A stretch of DNA of 62,084 nt from Rozella allomycis CSF55 (lineage: Eukaryota). Made by a program: the position numbers and the translations under genes. The stretch is taken from positions 1 through 62,084 of the forward strand of contig KE560966.1 of assembly GCA_000442015.1 (NCBI GenBank), given 5' to 3'. Positions 1-11,207 of this stretch are shown one piece after another. The notes beneath the pieces are model-generated. The model was not told the origin of the DNA. It made no database searches and worked only from the letters and a program-made list of their open reading frames with translations. How positions within the stretch are numbered: the first letter of the stretch is position 1; each line of letters opens with the position of its first letter.

Positions 1-3000
1 ATTGAATCTTTCTCCAATTTCTCTTTATCTTTTTCTCTTTCATTTTCATTTTGATTATTTCTTAAACTAATTTCATTAATCCATTTTTCTTTATTTAATT
101 TTAAGATTGAAGAATATCTTGTGGCTAAAAGTTTTAAATCTTCTCTATTTTCTTCATCTCTTAATTTTGAAATTAATTTATCTAAATTTTCACCAACTTT
201 TTTAATTCTTGGAAAGTTTTCTGAAATTTTAGTTAAAATTATTAAAACATTTTTAATTTGCATAAATTCTTTTGATTTTAAACAAATTTCAAATGAATTG
301 AATAATTTAATGTTCCATTTAAAATAAACGTTACGAAATTCATTAAAATTCATAACATTTGAAATTTCAATCTTTTTTTCTTGATTCCATAGTTTATTAA
401 ATCCTTGTTTAACATCTTCTTCAACTCCAACACACTCTTTAACATACAATTCACTTTTATTAAACCAATCATTCAACTTAGTAAATATTTCATTATAAAA
501 TTTTCCTTTTAATTTTAATTCAACAATCAATCTTACCAAAACAATTTGCTTCTTTTTCTGTCAACAAAAATATTAAATTGGAAATTTCAGAAATAATCTT
601 TTGAAAAGAAATCATCTTTCTTACTTTATTTAAAACACTTAGAGTACTAAAATTATCTGTATTTAATTCATGTAATAAAAATATTAATTTTGAACAATAA
701 ATAGCATCTGTTTGACTTTGAATAATCCTAGGGAATAAACAATAATTAAACAAATATTCAACTGTCATTCCTCTATCATTCACTATTCAATAATTCTATT
801 CAATCTTACAATCTTTAAATAAATCATTTTTAATTGTTTTCAATAAATCCAAAGTTTCTTTCACTTTATTTTCTTGAATAGCATAATCCATTTTTAGTTT
901 ATCAATTGTTTCTTGAATTTTCTCTCTCGTCTTCTTTTTATCCAAATCTGTTTCTTTAAGCAATTCAGTTTGCTTATTCAATTCAATCTCATAAGCTTCC
1001 TTTGGAAATTCTAAATCTTTCAATTCCAACCTCCAAAACAATGAATAAAACTCTCTCGTTATTCCATTCCACATTTCTTCTGGCAAAACATCCAATTCTT
1101 TAATTATTTCCTAGTTCTATTTTTAGATTACGAAATTTACTGATCTATCAGAAAGATAAAGTGAAAATTCTGGATTCAATTTAAAATCAAAAATTATTTC
1201 ATTAAACTTCATTTTGGGTTTTTCATGATCAAAAATAAACTCTTTAAACTGTTGAATCACATTTTGACACTAAACATAATATAAGTAGATTAATTTTACT
1301 TCATCAACTAGATTTCCCAACAGTTTCAAATGATTCAGATCCGACTGAACAAACAAACACAAATCTTTCAATTGACACAACAATATAAACAATGGCCATC
1401 CAATATCCATCTCCTTCAAACATGAATACAATCTATCAGCCGGTCTCTTATTATTCCTCAACACTGACTGCGAATTAATCGAAAGAGACTTTAAAAGTGA
1501 ACTAGCCGCACTACACGCTATTTGATGCTCTGATAAATCCTCCAACTGCTCTATCCCACTCATCTTTTCTATCAATTCCTTCAACACTATCAAATCAAAC
1601 ACATTTCCATCCTTCAACTGATTAAACACATACTGCAAAATAGGCTCCAAACTAACTGGATACTTTTTATAAAATGTTCCTGTAAACAATGCCAAATCTA
1701 CACTTAAATACTATTTCTGAAATTTACTAGTTAACCATGAATTAATAAACGTTCCATCAGACTTCAATCGATCCTTTTCTGGATTACTCAAACTCTCAAT
1801 CAAAATAAATGACAGACAATCATAGCCAAATTCTGTCAAATATTTCAAAGCATCAACACTCGGCTGCACCAGATTATCATACGCTTGCACTTGATCAATC
1901 AGAATTCCAAACGCTATCAATGGATTGTTATGACATATCTTGCCAATCACCCTCCCAAATTGCTTCACATTGTCTTTTGACAATCTTTTCATCGCCCGCT
2001 TCATGAAATAACTAGTCTCTGATCTAGCCAGGCCAAGCAACTCGCTCTCTTCATAAATCTCATTCTTCCATTTCCCATACAATCCAAATCTTTGCTTGTA
2101 CGTAAAACACTTCAGCAAACCCCACAAATCATTCGCTAATCCTGGATTACATTCACACAATGAAAATGATGGCAGCAAATATCTTCTCGTCAATTTAATC
2201 CAAAATTTAATTCTGGTTGCATCTTCTTCAATACTCATCTTTCCTATCCTGCATATTTTAGCTATCAATCCTGGACTCAAATACACATCCAAATAATCAA
2301 GCAAATCTTCAATGTTTTCCTCAAACTCTTTTATGGTTTTATATTTATTGTTCAAATCTTTCACTTCAGTCAATCTAAACCCACAAAGCAAATCCAACTT
2401 GCTTTCAACCCACTTGGAAATCGTATTCGCTAATCTAGGAAAATAGCCAACAAGATTAGGAAAATGCGCTACCATCTTCAATCCCAATTCAGAACAATCA
2501 ACTTTAAACAAAACTTCAATGATCGACGCCTTTTGATTCTTTGTCGCAAATAAAGATTCTCTAGAAACANCTTTGTCGCAAATAACGATTCTCTAGAAAC
2601 ATTATCATTGGTTTCTGCCGTCGCATTCAAACTAACAACCCCCGTATTCTTTGAACATTCTTTCACATTCTCTACAAACTTTTCCATTTCTTTTTCCATC
2701 TCTTCATCATCCGGCGAAATCTATTCAAACCAATTTCTTATTTTACATGTCCGTAAATCATATCAATTGGAACCAATCCATGCTTAATACAATACCCAAC
2801 CACCATCAACAATCCACTAGGAGTCTCTGCCTTATTCTCTCAAACGCATTAACCAACATTACCTTTTCAAAATACTCCAACTTGAATCCCAACACATTGC
2901 TAACCATCACATCCCCAACACTCAATCTCTTCAGCAGCCCAACATAAAACTCCCATCTCCCATTCTCCATCCACACATCAAAAATCACATCCACAACTCT

Positions 3001-3628
3001 GCTAATATCCAAATCAAAATAACCAATCAACTCCAAAACCTACCCTACAATCCCCACCTCATTACCTTGCCCATCGTATCGTCCACATCCGCCCCCTCAA
3101 ACAGACACACAGCCAGCTTCGCAAACCCCTCGCTCTCCTCCCTCAGCAAATTAAACTTTGTCTGCCGATACACCTTTTGCGTATTGATCCGCACAATCCG
3201 CCGGCTAAACATCGTCGCCGAAGATATAATCCCAGCAGTTTCCAAAAGCCCAGGCTCAAGCCGCTCTTTCATCAAATTCACAGGGATGCCACATTCAAAA
3301 AGTCGCGAAACTACCTCGGCTAGAATAGTTAAATCAAGCTCAAAGATCACATCTAAATTGACGAAATAGAATGATTGTACCGAGAGAGTAGATTGCGTCC
3401 AGCACTAGATTCTCGAATTCTTGCTGCATTGGCTCTTTTAGCGACTGGTAGTATTCTACTAGTGTGCTTGCTAGGGCAACTGGCTCCGGTGTTTCGACGA
3501 GGTATTCGAAAAAATGCTTGGACAAGGACACTGATAAATTGTCACTTGATACTCTATGATTTTCTAGATATAGTCTTTTACAAGGACTGGTACACCTGCT
3601 CCTTGTTAAAGGCCGTTTGGGAAACCAT
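1..3628 (-). CDS. THO2: THO complex subunit 2 (multi-exon, 3' end runs off the window)
   Basis: Motifs YRQTKFNLLREESEGFAKL, LIGYFDLDISRV, RLSKDNVKQFGRVIGK..HNNP, QVQAYDNL and CLFPRII..DAIYC. Exons join through 26-30 nt GT-AG introns. Start at ~3628 is tentative. Confidence 0.93.
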
Positions 3629-4105
3629 TCGTTTACGAAAAATCAGAAATCGCGAACTTATAGTGTATGGATCATGTATCTTTAGATTCTTGACAAATAT
3701 AATGGCTTGCATGACTCTGGACTCGAGAAGTGCATCGATTAATGGGAGATGATGAAGTTTTTGAGCAAATGAAAAAAGGTAAAAGGTATCCCTTAAAAAT
3801 TCTAGTTTCTAATCGAAATTTGGTTCTTATATTTAGTCTAGATTTTGAAAAATGAAAATAGAATAAATCGCAACTCGTCAATTTAGTTTGCCAACGGCCC
3901 AACAGTGACATTGCATTAGTAATTATATTGCGTTTGTAGTTGACAAGTAAGAGATTAAGACTTTATTAATAACACAAAAAACTATAATCTTCGAAGTAAA
4001 AGCTGGCGTTGTTGTTGGTTAATGTTAATGAGCCTTGTTATGTTGACTATTAATCAAAATTGAAATGGGNCTGGCAGGAAGAAAAAGGATCCACGTAAGA
4101 CGCTT

Positions 4106-5740
4106 GTGAAATTAACCGACCTGGTAGAAATGGCAACAGAAGTTAAAGGTCTGTTAGAAGACGATAGACCGGAAAAGGTTATAGATTCTCTTTATAAATT
4201 CACGGAAAAGCAAGGTTTAGACGCCCTTAGCCAACAAATGGATAAGTTGTTCCAAGAGGTGTTAGAGACATTTTTTGAATATTTAAAAACAGCACCGCTT
4301 ATTTTGCCAAAGTACAAGTCTAAATTAGAACAGATCAGCAAATGGCACAGGAAAGAATTCTGGATACCTGGATATTTTAATGCAGGGGACAATAAACAAC
4401 GCATTAAGGATGAGTTCAAAAAGACCGTTTCAAAGCCCGAATTAGGAAGTGAAGATATTATTTATTATGTGCTTTTGCCGCAAGTTTATCAAGACAAAGA
4501 CTGTATGGATGCTTTCTTTTACTCACCGTCAAGTCTATCAGCGAGAAAATTGATGATAACATTGGGCCTGTTAGAGTTTCCATATATGTTTAAAGAACTT
4601 AATGAACGTTATCCTGAGCATATTAATTTCCCCTTGGCTCCAAAATTTGATGAATCTGCCGACCTTTATGATTTTCAAGGGAATTTTATAACTTTATTGC
4701 ATTACGTGCTTAGACTAGGGGATCTTGATCTATTAGAATTATTCGCCGAAGTAATCGACGAAACCTTTGATGACGCTGAAAGTGAGTATGAAAGTTTAGT
4801 GACTTTGTTGAATGTCTTGAAATCAAATGATGAAAGTTTGGGTTGGTTTTTAAGAAACCATAAAGTTGATCACTGTCCTGAGGAAACTTGGTTTTTGACT
4901 CGTTCTGAAAACCCCGAAATTCATTTGGCAGATGTCACCCTTGCATACATTTGTAAAAGCAAACACTTTAAAACACTATCCGCACAAAGCAGATTTCCTC
5001 CAAACTATTTTGAAAAACTTAAAATATTAGACAAAATTCAGGGAAATATCTATGGAAAGCTACAAGCGGTTTATGACAATGATGATAGTGTAGTTATTGG
5101 TGCCCATGAATTCAAGAACCTTTTTGAAAGACATCCTACATCATTTTTGGCTACATATTATTCGTCTCTTTACATGATCGCCAATTTAAAGAAAGATACT
5201 TCATTTTCTTCTACCAATGAGTTCCGATTAATCTTTGGTCGTCTTTTAAAATCCTTTGAAAATAATCAGAGTAGAATTGTCAAAAAATTCCCCTCTGAAA
5301 CTAAAAATTTGGTTGAACAATTAGCACAATGTCTTCCATCCGAAGCATTGACTGAATTGTCTTTTTTTCTACCGGATAATTTAGTATTTTCAACGGGTTA
5401 TTACTCTAAATTATTAAACGAGAACAGCGAATTCAATAAAGAGCGAATCTGGTTATTGTTAGTGAACAAAGGATTCATAGATTTTAATGACAAGAAAAAG
5501 ATTATTAGGCAAATGCAGGAGCAAAAATATTTTCCATGGGAAGATAACAATCAGTTCATTTATGATTTAATGAAAGATGTTCACCCCATGGCAACTCCTC
5601 AAAATCTAAAGTTTCTTGTAGAAGAAGCTGTTCAAGGTGAAGGTGTCAAAACTGCCTACAAAATTCCCAGCTTCAAACTATCAAAGGTGCAAGTTAAGAA
5701 AGTTAAGAAGGTGGAAGAGCAACCCGAAAGCATAAATTAA
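4106..5740 (+). CDS. Hypothetical intronless helical protein (544 aa) with one ankyrin-like motif
   Basis: Long open frame; GNFITLLHYVLRLGDLDLLELF resembles an ankyrin repeat. 5' end uncertain because of an assembly N at 4070. Confidence 0.6.
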   Translation: MKLTDLVEMATEVKGLLEDDRPEKVIDSLYKFTEKQGLDALSQQMDKLFQEVLETFFEYLKTAPLILPKYKSKLEQISKWHRKEFWIPGYFNAGDNKQRIKDEFKKTVSKPELGSEDIIYYVLLPQVYQDKDCMDAFFYSPSSLSARKLMITLGLLEFPYMFKELNERYPEHINFPLAPKFDESADLYDFQGNFITLLHYVLRLGDLDLLELFAEVIDETFDDAESEYESLVTLLNVLKSNDESLGWFLRNHKVDHCPEETWFLTRSENPEIHLADVTLAYICKSKHFKTLSAQSRFPPNYFEKLKILDKIQGNIYGKLQAVYDNDDSVVIGAHEFKNLFERHPTSFLATYYSSLYMIANLKKDTSFSSTNEFRLIFGRLLKSFENNQSRIVKKFPSETKNLVEQLAQCLPSEALTELSFFLPDNLVFSTGYYSKLLNENSEFNKERIWLLLVNKGFIDFNDKKKIIRQMQEQKYFPWEDNNQFIYDLMKDVHPMATPQNLKFLVEEAVQGEGVKTAYKIPSFKLSKVQVKKVKKVEEQPESIN

Positions 5741-5803
5741 TCGTCAAATTAATAAATCGTCAATAATTTAATTTAAGAGCTTCTAGATCCGTTGATTTTA
5801 TTT

Positions 5804-6223
5804 TTATTCACGTAGCCCTTGTCGCATTGCGTTTAGCTGAAGTAACATTTCTGCAATAGACCTCGCCGTTTCATTATACCTTTCACGAATACTTAAAACT
5901 TCTTGTTGTATCTCGCGCCTCTCCTCATTCAACGATGTCTGAATCTGGTTTAGCTCCGCAATCATAGCTTCTGACTCTGCAGCAGTGTAATCACTTAAAT
6001 GATTTCGTATAGTTCGTATTTGTTCTTGGCAATTGTCAATTCTACCTCTCATCACATTAATATGTCGTTCCAGAGATGCTGTCTGACTTTGAAGATCACA
6101 AAGGCAATCAAAAAGACTACGGGATATTCTCTCGATATCTTCGACCGTGGATGTTCCAGTTCGCATATTTACTACATTACGCCGCTGCCCTTTTTCTTGA
6201 AAAGATGGTCTAGTGATTCCCAT
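5804..6223 (-). CDS. Hypothetical coiled-coil protein (139 aa)
   Basis: ATG-initiated ORF with heptad-like periodicity over most of its length. Confidence 0.55.
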   Translation of the reverse strand: MGITRPSFQEKGQRRNVVNMRTGTSTVEDIERISRSLFDCLCDLQSQTASLERHINVMRGRIDNCQEQIRTIRNHLSDYTAAESEAMIAELNQIQTSLNEERREIQQEVLSIRERYNETARSIAEMLLQLNAMRQGLRE

Positions 6224-6346
6224 GAGTATTAAAGGAGAATAAATCGAACGGCTAAAAATAGACTGTTAAATTGTAGAATGGTTAATTACATTGAAGCTGG
6301 TTGATTAAAATAACTTTGTCTTTGCTTGAAGCCACCGAAAATTGCA

Positions 6347-6781
6347 ATGGGTAAGGTCCATAAAAGATACCTTGATGTATCATCATGCAAAGTTATGGCT
6401 TGTTCTAATTGTAGAACACATATATCTACTGTAGATCTTATAGTATCAAGAGTAGAGCAATTAGAATGTTGAAAATTAGGCGTTTAATGGACACCATGGC
6501 CGGGCATTTCTATTCAAATCAGGGTATAGGCATAATTTGATAATCTATAGTGTCAATTTGATCTTTGGTGACCCTGAGGAAAGATCGCTAATGACCGGGG
6601 AGCATATTGTACAAGCAGCATTTTGCACTGAATGTGAAACCGAGATCGGGTGGAAGTACATAAGGTAATTAAAAAACAATGCAAATTTAGGTCTCCCAAT
6701 GAGTCACAGAAATATAAAGAAGGAAAAATTGTTTTGGAAAGAAATCTATTGAGCGAAATCGAGAGTGAAGAAAGCTTATGA
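6347..6781 (+). CDS. MOH1: Yippee/Moh1 family zinc-binding protein (4 exons, not in ORF track)
   Basis: Spliced translation MGKVHKRYL..CSNCRTHI..SRAFNGHHGRAFLF..LMTGEHIV..CTECETEIGWKY..SQKYKEGKIVLE. Introns 6452-6479, 6524-6550 and 6665-6690. Confidence 0.92.
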
Positions 6782-6817
6782 GTTATTAAAAACTGAAATT
6801 TATTACAATGATCTGAT

Positions 6818-8197
6818 TTAATTAGTATTAATGATTATTTTTGCACTGTCAATGATTTCTTGTGTCCTTTGCGTAATCGTATAATCATAATCGCACATTT
6901 CCTCTCCCAATTGGACCACCAGTTTATAATTCTTACGCTTGTTCGCTTTGTTAATAAGTCTAAAATATGCGTTATCATTATACACAACATTGTCCATAGT
7001 TTTTTGCAATCTTTTAGCAATGACGTCTTTTTTCCTTTGTTTGAAATAGTTGATTAGAATTTCATACGCACTTCTGTTGAACCATTGATGGTAAGATTCG
7101 TGGAAGGCTATAAGATTGGAATATTTGTTTTGCCTAATTAAATTATGAAGGATGTTCTCAATCGTAGCAGGATATAGTCTCACATCAAGTTCCGATGAAA
7201 TCTTGAATGCCCTGTATGCTAGATCATCATGTCCAAGTTTTGAAACCTCGTTGATATAGAAATTAAATATTCCTTCTATCTTATAACCTTTTAAGCCTTC
7301 CTTTTGAATGAATCTACATAGAGCATTAAAATGAAAATTCATTTTGGCCTCGTCTTTAAAGTCAGCAAATCTGCGTATCAAAATCTCACGAGTTGCAGAA
7401 TTGAACATAATTTTATGTTTTTTTGCTTCACTAAGAAAATGCTCAATATCACTGACAGAATTCTGCATGTCAGATATCATTATGTTAATAGTTTCTATGT
7501 TTTTGGAAACTTTTCGTTCATCCATAAGGGTATAAGCTATTAGCATATCATTTCTTCTCTCAAGACTTTTATACAAATTTAGCAACTTGTTGTAAAGATC
7601 AGTGGTAGGGGTTATGTTTCGCAACATTTCTTCGCCTAGTTGCAATGCCGACATTAATTCGCCTTTGGATATGAACCAATTAAGTAATATTTCGTAAGTA
7701 TCACTGTCAAACGGTAGTTTCAATTGTTTTAATCGACAAATATAGTTCTGTACCCTCTGGCTATCTTTCTTATCGGCGGCTACTTCAAGTAATTTGTTCA
7801 TAAATGAAATGTCCAAATCATTTCGCCCTTCTATCAAATTATCAATTGCATCCAAAACTTCTGGTTTATTTTTTTGATCCGCTAGAAAATACTTCAATAA
7901 ATTAGAACTAGGATTGTCTAAAGTTTCAATAAGTTTCTTATTGAAGCTTATATCACCAGAACTCTTGAAAAACTTTCGCCATACGTTGTTGCTCAATTTT
8001 TTAACTTCGTGCTTAAGCAAAATTTTGTCGTTCATGACTGAAATTAGTCTTTTATGCAGTTCTTTTGTGTCTACCTTGGGTTTCTCATCACTCAACTTTA
8101 TGTATTCAGTAATTGAGTCTGTGCTTAGATGTTCTTTATAAAGAAAAATAAAAAAAGGTCTTGTTCTCTTTAGAATGGGATGAAACAATTTGAGCAT
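6818..8197 (-). CDS. Pentatricopeptide-repeat (PPR) protein, probably mitochondrial
   Basis: About 35-aa helical repeats (TYEILLNWF, PTTDLYNKLLNLY, ETINIMI, AYEILINYF) and a basic, presequence-like N-terminus. Confidence 0.75.
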   Translation of the reverse strand: MLKLFHPILKRTRPFFIFLYKEHLSTDSITEYIKLSDEKPKVDTKELHKRLISVMNDKILLKHEVKKLSNNVWRKFFKSSGDISFNKKLIETLDNPSSNLLKYFLADQKNKPEVLDAIDNLIEGRNDLDISFMNKLLEVAADKKDSQRVQNYICRLKQLKLPFDSDTYEILLNWFISKGELMSALQLGEEMLRNITPTTDLYNKLLNLYKSLERRNDMLIAYTLMDERKVSKNIETINIMISDMQNSVSDIEHFLSEAKKHKIMFNSATREILIRRFADFKDEAKMNFHFNALCRFIQKEGLKGYKIEGIFNFYINEVSKLGHDDLAYRAFKISSELDVRLYPATIENILHNLIRQNKYSNLIAFHESYHQWFNRSAYEILINYFKQRKKDVIAKRLQKTMDNVVYNDNAYFRLINKANKRKNYKLVVQLGEEMCDYDYTITQRTQEIIDSAKIIINTN

Positions 8198-8349
8198 TGT
8201 CGAACAAGGGTATCACACTTTCCTATTAAAGGTTCAGTGTGAAACATACATTTAAAAGACTAAAAATATGCATTGAAATTCAAAGTGTAAAGTGTCAATT
8301 GAATGATATTTTCCTACACATGGCAACATAAAAACCTCCACCTCCTAAC

Positions 8350-8937
8350 ATGACTAACTCTAACAACAAAACTACTTCAAATGATGCTCTATGTTTTCAT
8401 TCTGTCGAACACCTAGATATTGCCGGAAAAGTAACCCAATTCCTTAAGGTTCCTCCGCTGGAGAAGAACTTTCTGATTTCACCTCCTGGTACTAGAAAAT
8501 AAAGCAATAAGCATTCTTTAGGATCTCCACCTGAAGGTTGGGAGCAAATTGAAGAAGATCCTCCACATATTCAGCATGAGCACCATATATTAGAAACTTT
8601 GGATCATAGAACGCCTATACCTTTTAATATTTATAGTTTAGATGCACAAAAGCTCATACAATGTCTAGACAAATACTTAAATTTAAAACGAGCCCAAGAT
8701 AGTAAAAAGATAAGAAAAATTGATTAAGATCATTCAGACGGCCCATGCACGAGTACAATAATCAAGAAAATAGACGAGAACACAACATCAATAACTTTTC
8801 CCTCCTTAAAAGAAATTGAAACCGATGGGAATCTACCCTCAATTATAGTTGAAGATCATTCAATTCAAGGAATTCAATTATCCAGCATGTGCCAATTAAG
8901 TGTAGAAAAAGTTCGAACTAGATTACCTGGCGCTTGA
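8350..8937 (+). CDS. RCN1: Calcipressin / regulator of calcineurin (3 exons, not in ORF track)
   Basis: Spliced translation contains LKVPPLEKNFLISPPGSPPEGW (SP motif), PSIIVE (PxIxIT-like) and C-terminal TRLP (TxxP). Confidence 0.88.
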
Positions 8938-9060
8938 TTTTGAATAGCTTAAATAAACATATGCAAATGAATATTAAATGTTATATATTTGTTTTAACAA
9001 TTATTTATTTGCAGCGCTAATGTATTCCAAGCATTATTTACTTGTTTACAATTTTGAGGT

Positions 9061-11172
9061 ATGAGTAATTCAATACCGAAACTAAATCTCGTTTCAGTGA
9101 ATGGATTTACTGGTATTTGTTATGTTTTATTTAATCATAAAGGTTCAATTCATCATGGTTTGCAAAAGCATCCGAATGGAATTCACATCATATATCCCCT
9201 TGGCTCGAATATTGTGATAAAAAACGAAAAATCAGGAGAACAAGAATTTCTTTCTGGGCACACACATCCAATTACGTGCTTGGCTGTTAGCAAATGCGGT
9301 AAATACATTGCCTCGGGCCAATCAACACATATGGGCTTTCAAGTACCTTAAATACTAATATACAATAGGCGGATATACTACTTTGGAACATGGATACTAA
9401 AAAGATTGTCAAAAAATTTAGTCTGCACAAAGGCCGGGTTGAGGCTTTATCATTTTCGCCAACTTCCAAATACTTAGCGTCTCTCGGCGGAGAAGACGAC
9501 AATTCGGTTATTGTATGGGATATAGAAAAGGGTGCCGCCATCTGTGGCACAGTCGCATCAAAAGATTCATCAGGTGTGACCAAATGCTTGGCATACTCCA
9601 ATGGTTCAGATTTACATTTTGTAACCGGCGGGAACAATACTTTAAGAGTCTGGGAAATCAACCCTGTTCAAAGGAAGTGCATACCATATGACTGCCAAAT
9701 GGGTCAAATTAAACGATTTGTCAAATGCATTGTGGTGGGCGATAATGACGAGAATATGTACTGCGGAACAACAACAGGAGATATATTGATGGTTAATGTA
9801 AAATCAAAACTTTTTAAAAAGAATAACCCTGTGAATCAAAAGGTAATCTGTCATTGAATGGTCAAGTAGGATCTTTTTCACCAAGGAGTAAATGTGGTGC
9901 TGCAACACAAGAATATTCTCTTCGTGGGTGCAGGTGATGGAATGTTGGCAATAATGGACACTGATAAAATGAAGATATTAAAGTAATGAAAATTTCAGCT
10001 ACTGAAAAGTAAAACTACATTAAAAGGAGCCGTCACTTCAATCTCTATAAAGAATGATATGTCTGTGATGGTAGGAACATCAGCTGGAAACATATTTGAC
10101 GTTTCAGTAAAAGATTTGTCATCCAAGCTGATTTCTTCTTGTCACAATGGCAAAATTAATGACCTCGTTTTTCCAAAGTAATTATTTGGTTTATTTTATA
10201 TCTGCAACTACTCGGATCTATTTGCCACAACAGGATTCGAAGATGTCAGAATCTGGAATGCTAAAACTGGGCAAGAGCTACTGAGAATTCATGTGCCTAA
10301 CCTTGAATGTTTATGTATCACATTTAACTATGAGGGGTCGTCGTTAATTACTGGTATAAACAAACTCGATTTCTAATAGGTTGGAGCGACGGGAAAATTC
10401 GCGCCTTTGGACCTGAAACAGGAAGAATTCAATACGAGATCAACGACGCGCATACTGGTGGAGTGACTGCCATATCGATAACAAATTCTGAGAATAATGG
10501 AGAATGCCAAATTGTTTCAGGTGGTGCTGATGGACAGGTTAGAGTGTGGAGAATTACAAAACATACACAAATCCTTGAAACAGCAATGAAAGAACATAAA
10601 GGTACTTATCTATTGAAGTTGAAAAAAGGAATGGTTTCTTGTATAAAGATTAGAAAGAATGGTTTGGAATGTGTCTCATCAAGTAGTGACGGATCCTGTG
10701 TCATTTGGGATTTGGATAGGCATGTGAGAAACCAAGTNGTCATTTGGGATTTGGATAGACATGTGAGAAACCAAGTGTTGTTCGCCTCTAACTTTTTCAA
10801 GGCAGTATGTTATTATCCAGATGAAAGTCAACTGCTTACTACTGGAACCGATAGAAAAGTAGTCAAGTATTTTCTTTAAGAAATTAGATAGCATATTGGG
10901 AAGCATTTGATGGAAGTTTGATCAGAGAACTAGAGTTAGAAGCGGATGCCATTAATGGACTTGATATTTCAAACTCGGGAAAGTTCTTTGTTTGCGGTGG
11001 TAGTGACAAGTCTGTAAAGATATACCGATACGAAGAAGGGGATATTGTTTATGAAGGTTTAGGGCATTCATCTGAAATAACTAAATTACGCATTAGTCCT
11101 GATCAACAAAGAATAGTCTCTGTTGGGTCTGATGGTGCTATTTTTACGTGGAAGTTTCCTGAAATCCAATAA
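9061..11172 (+). CDS. CFAP52: Cilia- and flagella-associated protein 52 (WDR16), WD40 protein
   Basis: Motifs HIIYPLGSNIV, QEFLSGH, LASLGGEDDNSVIVW, GWSDGKIRAFGPETG, MKEHK, QLLTTGTDRK and AYWEAFDGSLIREL. Multiple 26-30 nt introns. Confidence 0.93.
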
Positions 11173-11207
11173 ACATTTTGAAAGAAATCAAAATTCATTT
11201 AAATAAT

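Noticed and set aside
9043-9049. Forkhead-type TGTTTAC just upstream of CFAP52 (FOXJ1-like site)
   Set aside because: A single 7-mer in AT-rich DNA is not distinguishable from chance, and no equivalent site or X-box is evident upstream of WRAP73.
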